From assembly GCA_051986585.1 (NCBI GenBank), contig JBPYFA010000293.1:1-63547 (forward strand): 63,547 nucleotides of DNA. Reading direction: 5' to 3'. Both the position numbers and the translations under genes were made by a program. The notes below the pieces were generated by a model, which worked only from the letters and a program-made list of their open reading frames with translations, did not search any database and was not told the DNA's origin. Below, in pieces: positions 17,989 to 25,694 of this stretch. Every line of letters starts with the position of its first letter. Position 1 is the first letter of the stretch. The DNA is from Vicinamibacterales bacterium. GTDB lineage: Bacteria > Acidobacteriota > Vicinamibacteria > Vicinamibacterales > 2-12-FULL-66-21.

Positions 17989-20900
17989 CTAATCTGAACC
18001 AATCAGCGTGAAACCCGCCCATGCGGCGGGACTTTGGAGCAGCGGGTCGGCATCAGCCATCAGCTCGAGCTGCGCTTTTCGGAGCGCCTCGGTCGGGTTT
18101 GCGGACTGGCGCAGCTGGCTATGAAACGCAACCAGCAAGCGACGGCTCGCGCGATCGTTGACGTCCCAAAGGCTGGCTACTACCGCGGGGACGCCAGCCG
18201 CGAGAAACGGCCGTGCGAGGCTGAAGACGCCTTCGCCGCGCCGGATCCGGCCGGCGCTCGTACGACAAGCGCCGAGCACGACGAGCCGCGTCGCCGCAAA
18301 CGGCTGTTGTGCGATATCGCGCGCGAACAAGCTGCCAGACGCCTCGCCGTCGCCCGCAAAAAGGAGCCGCGACAAGTCAGGATGCGCATCGTTCGCCACC
18401 GCGTGGCCGGCAAAGTGGATCACTTCGTACTGGCCGGCCGTGCTGAGGAACGCCTGCCGCGTCGCATCCGCACCGATCAGGAGCGTCGATCCTGAATAGA
18501 GCGTCGCGATCTGTTTCGCTTCTGTTTCCGCTTCGGGCAGGTTCGGAGCGACCTCCGCGTCGGCACCTTCGAGCCGCGGGTTGCCGATCACGAGTGCGGT
18601 TCTGGTCGGCGCGCTGTGCTGCGTCTTCGGCGATTGAGCCAGGAGTAGCGTGACGCTCGGCGTGATCTTGATCGCATGCTCCTCGATCAGGAACCGCCGA
18701 TCGTCGCGACGTATCAAGGCCGCGAACGGTACGGCGTGCAGCACACCATCCGGAACGATGACGAGCTCAGATCCCTCCGGAATCCGGTCGGCTACCGGAC
18801 GGATCAGCAAATCGTACAGCCTCGACAGGCTGGGCGTGTCGCGAGCCGCGATGCTGCTGAGCAGCATCTCCGACCGGTACTGCTGCACGAGATGCTCGAG
18901 CTCGGCCTGGCGGACCGACACTGCGATGTCGTGCGTATGAGCTCGATCCATGACCCAAATCAGGAGCCGGTCGTCGAGCGCGACATAGTAGAGAAGGGTG
19001 ACTGACGGTGGCAGCTGCGTGCGACCAGCATTCGGGTCCACCGTTGCTGTCTCTCCCGTGGGCGAAATCGCCTCGACGAGCGTTCGCGCGCGGGCACGCT
19101 CCGCGTACAACAACGCGCGATCCGGCCGGTGCCGGGTGATCGCCTGCAGCCGGATCATTTCCGTGTAGAGGTCCCAAGGTTGTTCAAATGAGGCGCTGCG
19201 TAGCGCTTCGTCGGCGATGGCTGCGCGCCGCTGTTCGAAGAGCTCGATGCCAGCTGTCAAATCGGCTTCGGCCAGATCGTCGCGGCCTTCCGCGAGGTGT
19301 GCGCGCGCCCGGGCGAGTCGAACCCGCGCGACCGGCCAGTTGCGTCGAGCTTTTTCGAAGCCGGCAAGTGCGGTGGACAGTATCTCGACCGCCTCGCCGG
19401 GACGACGGTTTGCCTGCGCCTCGCCCTGGGCCAGCTGAATTCTCGGCTCGTCTCGTGCGATCAGCTGGGGATCCGGAACCGTCGACAACGCCTCCTGCGC
19501 CGCCGCCAGTTCCGTGAGCGCCTTGTCCGAATCGCCGCTCTCCTGGAGAATCTCGCCCTGGTACAGTCGTGCGTTGACGACAGCGAGCGGCCGTCCCCAC
19601 CGCTCCGCGTTCTTCAAGGTGGCGGCCTGGAAATACGCGGCCGTCTCGGTCAGGCCCTGGCGAAGCGCGGCCAATGCCGCGTTCTGAAGGACGAGGTGGT
19701 GGTGGCGGCGGTCGGCCACAGTACTGAGTTGCGACAACCCTTTCACGAGCTCGGCCCAGACGAGCGCCGGCTCGCCAAGAAAGTCCAGCACCTCGGCCGA
19801 CAGCGCATGCAGCGACGCCTCGTTCGGGATATCTCTTACGCGCTCGAAGCAGGCAGTCGCTGTTCTGTACTCTTGCAGGCCGCCGGCAAAATCTCCACGG
19901 ACGCCTTTGATCAAGCCGTGCATGCGATGTGCGAGGCCCAATACCCTTGTGTAATGCCGGTCAGTGGCAGTTTGAATGACACTCACGAGGAGCTTCTCAG
20001 CACCGTCGAGATCGGCAGCGTAGTAGCGACCAATCGCGAGGTTCAGCCGCGTCGATACGGCGAACGGACTATCCAGTCGCGTCAATGGCTCGAGCGCTGC
20101 CTCAAACTGCGGCATCGAGTCGCGGATCCGATCCTCGCTGTAAGCCATCGAAGCGGCGCTAAAGGTCGTATGCGCGCGCGCGAGTTCGGAAGCGAGACGG
20201 GCATTGTGCGATGCGAGAGCGATGGTCCGGAGGACGTTCGCGGTAAACGGGTCTCCCGTCGTCGACATGATGCCGGCGGCTGCCGCGTGCGATACGTCAA
20301 GCACTGTCCGAGCGTCCGCGCCTCGGTTCTCTGCGATCGCGCGCGGCCACGCGACGAGCACTTCATCCTGAAGCCATTCACGCGCCACATCTGGAGACTG
20401 CTCGGCGTTTCGCCGCAACTCTGCCGTGTCGCCACGACGCGCGGCGTCTTCAAAACGTGATTTGTCATCACTGGTCGAAGATTGATGCCGCGTCTCGAGT
20501 TCGCGCAAATGTGTGCGAGCTTCGCTCGCCCAGTCCGACCTGTCGTCTACCTTGAGATAGTCCTGCCAGGCGCGTCGGGCTTCATCGGTCAGAGAAAGCC
20601 GCTCGAGCGCGTAGGCGCGGTTGAACCAGGCCTCGGCGAGCCGCCTGTCGGCCTTCGTCGCGCGATCCGCGGTCGCCAGTGCCTTGGCGAGATCCTGCGG
20701 CTGGTCGTACCGCGTGGCTCGAACGAGGTAGGCGGCCGAAAGGTCGTTGAGGATTCGTGCGTCCGGAGTGGGCTGATCCGCCGCTTCTTCCAGAACCGGC
20801 ACCGCACGGTTGACATCGCCGAGAACGAGATAGGCAATGCCGAGCGCCTTCAGCGCCTGCGGCGTCCGACGGACAATCGCGTGCTTCTCGATCTGTGCAG

Positions 20901-21375
20901 CAGCGATGCGAACGTCGGGCGACACGGACGGCGCTGTCGCTTCGCCCGCCCGAACAGGACCGCGCAGCGGCCCGTAGGCAAAGCCTCCACTCAGCCGCGG
21001 CTCGACCGTCCGCTCCGTTCCGACGGCCGCCACTAGCGCCTGCAGTCCTGGCTCCTCCGGCGTCAGCCGCCAGAACCGGCCTATCCCGACCGCAACCACC
21101 AGACATGCCGCGGCCCCGAGGACGCCTGCCGACGCCCAGACGGCTCGGCGTACCGCGGCTCGCTGGAACAGCGGCACCGGTGTCGGATGGACCGTCGCTC
21201 CTACGCTGGCCGTGTGAGCCGTGTGCGTTTGGACCGCTTCACAAAACAGCGCATAGCAGGTCTCGCACGACGCGAGATGCGCCGTTATCTCCTCGCGCGC
21301 GCGCGCCGTCAGCCGATCGTCGAGATAGGCGCCGATCGTCTCGAGATCGGGGCACGGCGACACGTTTCCGGTCAT
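17989..21375 (-). CDS. membrane anti-sigma factor (zf-HC2) fused to TPR repeats and a C-terminal CHAT (caspase-like) protease domain
   Basis: The N-terminus has an HxxxCxxC motif (ITAHLASCETC) and a TM segment (AVWASAGVLGAAACLVVAVGIG). A long helical-repeat region follows. The C-terminal CHAT domain has His (VIHFAGHAV) and Cys (LVVLGACRTSAG). ATG 21375 overlaps the sigma stop as ATGA; GTG 21387 is an alternative start. Confidence 0.85.
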   Translation of the reverse strand: MTGNVSPCPDLETIGAYLDDRLTARAREEITAHLASCETCYALFCEAVQTHTAHTASVGATVHPTPVPLFQRAAVRRAVWASAGVLGAAACLVVAVGIGRFWRLTPEEPGLQALVAAVGTERTVEPRLSGGFAYGPLRGPVRAGEATAPSVSPDVRIAAAQIEKHAIVRRTPQALKALGIAYLVLGDVNRAVPVLEEAADQPTPDARILNDLSAAYLVRATRYDQPQDLAKALATADRATKADRRLAEAWFNRAYALERLSLTDEARRAWQDYLKVDDRSDWASEARTHLRELETRHQSSTSDDKSRFEDAARRGDTAELRRNAEQSPDVAREWLQDEVLVAWPRAIAENRGADARTVLDVSHAAAAGIMSTTGDPFTANVLRTIALASHNARLASELARAHTTFSAASMAYSEDRIRDSMPQFEAALEPLTRLDSPFAVSTRLNLAIGRYYAADLDGAEKLLVSVIQTATDRHYTRVLGLAHRMHGLIKGVRGDFAGGLQEYRTATACFERVRDIPNEASLHALSAEVLDFLGEPALVWAELVKGLSQLSTVADRRHHHLVLQNAALAALRQGLTETAAYFQAATLKNAERWGRPLAVVNARLYQGEILQESGDSDKALTELAAAQEALSTVPDPQLIARDEPRIQLAQGEAQANRRPGEAVEILSTALAGFEKARRNWPVARVRLARARAHLAEGRDDLAEADLTAGIELFEQRRAAIADEALRSASFEQPWDLYTEMIRLQAITRHRPDRALLYAERARARTLVEAISPTGETATVDPNAGRTQLPPSVTLLYYVALDDRLLIWVMDRAHTHDIAVSVRQAELEHLVQQYRSEMLLSSIAARDTPSLSRLYDLLIRPVADRIPEGSELVIVPDGVLHAVPFAALIRRDDRRFLIEEHAIKITPSVTLLLAQSPKTQHSAPTRTALVIGNPRLEGADAEVAPNLPEAETEAKQIATLYSGSTLLIGADATRQAFLSTAGQYEVIHFAGHAVANDAHPDLSRLLFAGDGEASGSLFARDIAQQPFAATRLVVLGACRTSAGRIRRGEGVFSLARPFLAAGVPAVVASLWDVNDRASRRLLVAFHSQLRQSANPTEALRKAQLELMADADPLLQSPAAWAGFTLIGSD

Positions 21376-22346
21376 CGCTTCAGCCACGATGTCCTCATGA
21401 ATCGCACGCGTCGGTCCGGTGCTGGAAGTTCGACGTTGTCACGCGACGAGCCGAACGACCCGTCAGCAAACAGCGCGCTGACGTCCGTCCGCGAAATGCC
21501 CTCTGCCTCGAGGCTCGCGCCAATCCGCGAGAGCAGCCGCTCGATCCTTCGATACAGTCGCTTCTGGTCCAGCTGCAGCGCGCGTGCAATATCGGCCACT
21601 GGCACCGCGTCCTCGAAGCGCATTTTGAGAATCAGCCGCTCCTCCGGGTCGAGCGCCTGTCGGGCGCGATCGAGCGCGGACTGAACGCGCTTGGCGAGAA
21701 AACCCTGCTCGGCGCGGACGACGTTGATATCGGAACCGGGACCGGGTTCCAAGATCTCCTCCGCGACATCTTCGGTGACGAACTGCCGCGACGGACCCCG
21801 CCTCGCCAGCTTGACGAATAACGCCTCCAGCGTCTCGTCGAGCGTCACACCATGATTGGTTCGCAGGATCTCCGTCGCCTGTTCGACGCTCCATCCGTCC
21901 CGCAACACGAGCCGCTCTACGAGAATCGCGATCGGTCCGAGACGATTCGCCTCCGCGGACGGCCGCCATTTGCCCCATTGACGATTCCGGTAATCGAGAA
22001 ACAAGCGCTGGATGACGACATTGATGTATGTCGGGAGGCTGCAGCGGCGTTCGAACCTCCGCAACACCTCGTAGTCGCGCTCGATGAAATGGAGGCGCAC
22101 TTCGGAGCGGAAATCGTCCGCTTCCGGACCGCTCAACCGATGGCGCCGGCACACCTGTGCGGCCACGTCCTCGATGAGGGGAAGACTGGCGAGGAAGAGA
22201 GCTTCGCCCTGCACAAACGACTCTGGCGACGCGACCAATTCGCGTCCGCGGCCCTGGTCCGATGAGCGAGCGGGCTGCGTGATGCGAGGCCATGCCGGAG
22301 CCGTGGGCTCAGGAGGCAGCAGCCGCTTTGACCGCGGATTATTCAT
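21372..22346 (-). CDS. sigma-70 family (ECF-like) RNA polymerase sigma factor with enlarged linker and terminal extensions
   Basis: Sigma-2 reads DDFRSEVRLHFIERDYEVLRRFERRCSLPTYINVVIQRLFLDYRNRQ. Sigma-4 reads LDPEERLILKMRFEDAVPVADIARALQLDQKRLYRRIERLL. The protein is 324 aa, with about 85 aa between the two regions. Confidence 0.85.
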   Translation of the reverse strand: MNNPRSKRLLPPEPTAPAWPRITQPARSSDQGRGRELVASPESFVQGEALFLASLPLIEDVAAQVCRRHRLSGPEADDFRSEVRLHFIERDYEVLRRFERRCSLPTYINVVIQRLFLDYRNRQWGKWRPSAEANRLGPIAILVERLVLRDGWSVEQATEILRTNHGVTLDETLEALFVKLARRGPSRQFVTEDVAEEILEPGPGSDINVVRAEQGFLAKRVQSALDRARQALDPEERLILKMRFEDAVPVADIARALQLDQKRLYRRIERLLSRIGASLEAEGISRTDVSALFADGSFGSSRDNVELPAPDRRVRFMRTSWLKR

Positions 22347-22380
22347 GATTGCGGGTCCGTTGACAACGCATTCGTAGGGG

Positions 22381-22406
22381 ATAGACGGACAACCAACCTC
22401 GATTCC
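22381..22406 (-). promoter_or_regulatory. candidate ECF-type promoter of the sigma/CHAT operon
   Basis: The minus strand reads GGAATCGAGGTTGGTTGTCCGTCTAT (GGAAT-N14-CGTCT), 36 nt upstream of ATG 22346. Its -35/-10 words match those of the 22573 site. Confidence 0.45.
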
Positions 22407-22572
22407 CGGCGCAAGACCGATGTCACTGCAGATAGTTTGGTCGCGTCGGCGGGCTCGGCCCCGAGGGTGAACAGGCCGGATAGGTACCTTCGGCCATCAG
22501 CGCTTTCTCGACGGACGCAGCCGGCGATTTCGCGCCGACTCACCAGCATTTCTTCCGATTCCTCTGGGCTCA

Positions 22573-22598
22573 GGAATTAGCGCCCTCCGTCCGTCTCT
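22573..22598 (+). promoter_or_regulatory. candidate ECF-type promoter of the divergent HExxH-protein/lipoprotein operon
   Basis: GGAATTAGCGCCCTCCGTCCGTCTCT (GGAAT-N14-CGTCT) lies 52 nt upstream of ATG 22649. It shares GTCCGTCT with the 22381 site. Confidence 0.45.
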
Positions 22599-22648
22599 TT
22601 CCGCGAAAGGCAGCCGGTTCGATCGCCGGCGAAAGCGGCAGGTGACGT

Positions 22649-23230
22649 ATGGGGTCTCGATTCACGAAGGCGTGCCTGGCGGCGATCCTGGGGTTGTCCG
22701 CGTCGGGAGCGACGAGCGCGGCTGACGATCAGCCCGGGTTGGCGTTCAAGAATCTCCGCACCTCTGATGCGGAGATCCTCTCAGCAATCTCGGGCTGCTA
22801 TCGCGACTCGCCGACATGCCATCAGCTGATCGATGAAATCGAATCGTCCTCGACCATCGTCTATCTCGCGCCGGGCCAGTGCATGCCCGGACAAGGCGGC
22901 TCCTGCCTGCGGTTTGTTACGGCTTCGACGCACGCAAGGTACCTCCAGATCATCCTCGACCGGGATCTGAGCGGCGCCTACCTGCTGAAAATCACCGCTC
23001 ACGAACTGCAACACGCTGTCGAGGTCGTCCGAGCGCCGCAGGTGGTCGATCGCTCCTCGTTCGAGCTGCACTACCGCCGGATTGGGTTCTTCATCCACGG
23101 ATCGGGAATGCGGGAGGACTGGGAAACCGAGGAGGCGCAGCGCATCGCCTCCATCGTCAGCAAGGAACTCAAGCGATCTCAGCGAGCCGCGTTGCTGGCG
23201 TTCAAGGACACGCGCGTCGGTAAGGAGTGA
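22649..23230 (+). CDS. small secreted protein with HExxH motif (putative zinc-metallopeptidase-like)
   Basis: The signal peptide is MGSRFTKACLAAILGLSASGATSAADD. An HExxH motif sits in ITAHELQHAVEV, and there are four conserved-looking Cys residues. I recognise no family. Confidence 0.65.
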   Translation: MGSRFTKACLAAILGLSASGATSAADDQPGLAFKNLRTSDAEILSAISGCYRDSPTCHQLIDEIESSSTIVYLAPGQCMPGQGGSCLRFVTASTHARYLQIILDRDLSGAYLLKITAHELQHAVEVVRAPQVVDRSSFELHYRRIGFFIHGSGMREDWETEEAQRIASIVSKELKRSQRAALLAFKDTRVGKE

Positions 23231-23233
23231 AGT

Positions 23234-23605
23234 ATGAAGAAAGTGCTTTCGTTCGTAGCGGTGAGCCTGTTGATGGCTGCGTGCGGCGGCTCACCTGTCC
23301 AGCCGAGCACCCGCGGAGGAAACTCGACGCCACCGCCGCCGGCCACCTATAGCGTCGCCGGAATGGTGTTCGAGGCAACCGCTGACGGTTCCCGCGGGAT
23401 CGCTGAAGCAACCGTCGCGGTCGCGAACGACCTTCAGACCCTGACCGCGTCAACAGACGCGAACGGTGTCTTCTCGCTCGAAGGGGTCAAGGTGGGCACC
23501 TGGCAGCTTTCCGTGACCAAGGACGGGTACGAGACTCGGACCATGATGCTCGATGTCCAAGCGACCCAGTCGGTCGACGTGGAACTGAAGGCGGTCAGTA
23601 ACTAG
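23234..23605 (+). CDS. lipoprotein with carboxypeptidase-regulatory-like (CarboxypepD_reg) beta-sandwich domain
   Basis: The lipobox is MKKVLSFVAVSLLMAAC. The domain pattern is YSVAGMVFE...ATVAVAND..TDANGVFSLEGVKVGTWQLSVTKDGYETR. It starts 3 nt after the previous gene. Confidence 0.75.
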   Translation: MKKVLSFVAVSLLMAACGGSPVQPSTRGGNSTPPPPATYSVAGMVFEATADGSRGIAEATVAVANDLQTLTASTDANGVFSLEGVKVGTWQLSVTKDGYETRTMMLDVQATQSVDVELKAVSN

Positions 23606-23766
23606 TGTCCTGTCCGCGTGGTTCGCGACATAATTCCCGGGCGGGACATCCCGGCTGGCGGCGTTGCTCCACCCTTAAATACTCCCCGTATTCGCGGTCG
23701 TCGCGCCTTGCCATCCGGGCGCCGCGCACCGGGACTATGCCGCGATCCACGCGGACAGGACACTAG
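23602..23766. repeat. 20-bp perfect inverted repeat flanking a 125-bp spacer (165-bp element)
   Basis: CTAGTGTCCTGTCCGCGTGG (23602-23621) and CCACGCGGACAGGACACTAG (23747-23766) are exact reverse complements. The left arm begins inside the stop codon of the lipoprotein gene. Confidence 0.9.
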
Positions 23767-23857
23767 CTCACGACGATCTGTCGAGGCGTCGATGACCGGG
23801 GGTCGTCCGACTTCGACGCCTCAGATCGCCTCGTCTCCGATCGCACCGTGCCGGTGC

Positions 23858-23882
23858 GAAATTCGCCAGCCAATCCGTCTAT
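23858..23882 (+). promoter_or_regulatory. third copy of the ECF-type motif, upstream of the second sigma gene
   Basis: GAAATTCGCCAGCCAATCCGTCTAT (GAAAT-N13-CGTCTAT) is followed by GGAGG (23889-23893) and GTG 23900. Confidence 0.35.
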
Positions 23883-23899
23883 ATCGCTGGAGGCGACAG

Positions 23900-24529
23900 G
23901 TGAACACGCAACTCACATCACCGGCGAACGTTCTGCCGGGGATTCCCGTAGGATTTTTGGAGCGATCCACAATTCTCGAAGTGACGCCCGATCTCGCTGC
24001 GAGGATCAACGGCGGTGACGAGGCGGCACTGGAAATCCTGCTCAGATCGTATTTGCCGGCACTGCGGCGAATCGTTCAGAAGCAACTGCGCGGTCACACC
24101 CGATCGATGCTCGATGCCGAGGACGTCGTTCAGGATGCGCTCGTCAGTACCCTCAGGCGGATGCCTCACTTCGTGTGGCGCACTCCCGGCGCGATGTTGG
24201 CGTATCTGCGGCGTGTGGTCCTCAATCGCATCATCGACGCAAACCGCAAGTGTGCACGCCAGGGCGAATGGGTGCCCTTGACCGACGACTGCGCAGGCGA
24301 GACGCCGTCACCGCTGGAGCGCGTGGTCGACAGCGAGCGGATCCGGCGATACCGGACAGCGCTGCTTCGGCTGAAGCCACGCGATCGCCAGCTGATCGTA
24401 CTCAGAGTGGAGCGGCAGCTGCGGTATCAAGAGATCGGCACACAACTGCGGATGCCGTCGGCCAATGCGGCACGAGTTGCGTTGATACGCGCGATGGCGC
24501 GCTTGGTTACGACCTTAGACCAGGTGTAG
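23900..24529 (+). CDS. ECF-type sigma-70 family sigma factor (no adjacent anti-sigma gene)
   Basis: Sigma-2 reads LLRSYLPALRRIVQKQLRGH..DAEDVVQDALVSTL...LAYLRRVVLNRIID. Sigma-4 reads LKPRDRQLIVLRVERQLRYQEIGTQLRMPSANAARVALIRAMARL. GTG 23900 was chosen because a GGAGG lies 6 nt upstream. ATG 23792 and the 23618 track start are alternatives. Confidence 0.8.
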   Translation: MNTQLTSPANVLPGIPVGFLERSTILEVTPDLAARINGGDEAALEILLRSYLPALRRIVQKQLRGHTRSMLDAEDVVQDALVSTLRRMPHFVWRTPGAMLAYLRRVVLNRIIDANRKCARQGEWVPLTDDCAGETPSPLERVVDSERIRRYRTALLRLKPRDRQLIVLRVERQLRYQEIGTQLRMPSANAARVALIRAMARLVTTLDQV

Positions 24530-24563
24530 AACGGTCGGAGGTTGCCGACGTGCCCCGGTGCCT

Positions 24564-25694
24564 TCACGCCAGCTGACGCCATCGTAGATGCGCGAGCCCC
24601 GTAGCGACCGCCAGTGCGCAAACAGTCACCACCGACAACGCCATGAATCGGCCGTAGAGCGCGCGGCCGATGACGTCGAAGATCGTCAAGCCCATGAGCG
24701 CGAGCGCAATTCCCAACATCCATTGCCAGCCGGTCGACAACTCGCGCCAGCGATCCACGAGGCACACGACTGCGGGCGTGGCCAGCAGCAGTACGTAATC
24801 CCACCCCTGTGGTGAGATGAGCGGGATCAGCAGCATCAGCAGCGCACACTCGAGGTACTCGGGCGCCGACGCCTTCCGGCGCCGCATCAACACCACGATC
24901 ACCAGCACCATGATCGCGACGACGGTGAGCCACGCGAGCGTGGTCGCCTCCGGACCCGGTCCCAGCCACTTCGCCCACATCGCGGCAATCGACACGTTGT
25001 CGTTTCCCAGGAGATTCGGCGCAGTTGACTCGCTCACCGTTCGCAACCACGCGCGCAGCAGGTCGAGGTTGCCATGCCAGCCGTAGACGACGGCAGGAAA
25101 CAACAAACCTGCGGTGACCACCGCACTCGCCCAGGCCACAGCGCGCCATCGTCCGGTAATGAGGAGCCAGGGAAACAGGATGAGGGCGTACGGTTTGACG
25201 AACACGGCAACGCCCAGAAGCAAACCTGCAGCGACCAGTTGGTTACGTTGCAACGCCAGCAGCGTGGCCAGGAGCAGCGTGCCGAGCAGCAGGTTCGGCT
25301 GGCCGAGCACGAGCTCGTGGGCGTAGAACTTGGCCATCAGCACGACGGTGATCCACGTGAGGAGCTGCCCCGACCGGCGTCGATCGGGCAGCGCCGCCAC
25401 CGACCACCGTAGCAGTGCGACGAGCAACCCGATCGAGATGGCGAACCAGACCTGCTTGCCGGTGGTTTCGTCCATCGCGCCGAACGGCGCCATCATCAGC
25501 GCATAGAACGGAAAGTATTTGAACTGATAATGCCCGTCTTCGGGACGGTAGAGCGGCTCGGCGTGCAACGCCCGCACGGCCGACTGCCGCCACGTGTGAA
25601 AGTCGATCATCTCGTGGCGGACTCGTACGTTGTAAACGACGACGGCGACCAACGCGAGAGCGAGAAAGCCGAGATAGCGTAATCTGCCGCGCAT
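24564..25694 (-). CDS. DUF2029/GT87-like polytopic membrane glycosyltransferase (paralog A)
   Basis: This multi-TM protein has blocks LYRPEDGHYQFKYFPFYAL, VFVKPYAL and ISPQGWDYVLL that are shared with the upstream paralog. Confidence 0.7.
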   Translation of the reverse strand: MRGRLRYLGFLALALVAVVVYNVRVRHEMIDFHTWRQSAVRALHAEPLYRPEDGHYQFKYFPFYALMMAPFGAMDETTGKQVWFAISIGLLVALLRWSVAALPDRRRSGQLLTWITVVLMAKFYAHELVLGQPNLLLGTLLLATLLALQRNQLVAAGLLLGVAVFVKPYALILFPWLLITGRWRAVAWASAVVTAGLLFPAVVYGWHGNLDLLRAWLRTVSESTAPNLLGNDNVSIAAMWAKWLGPGPEATTLAWLTVVAIMVLVIVVLMRRRKASAPEYLECALLMLLIPLISPQGWDYVLLLATPAVVCLVDRWRELSTGWQWMLGIALALMGLTIFDVIGRALYGRFMALSVVTVCALAVATGLAHLRWRQLA

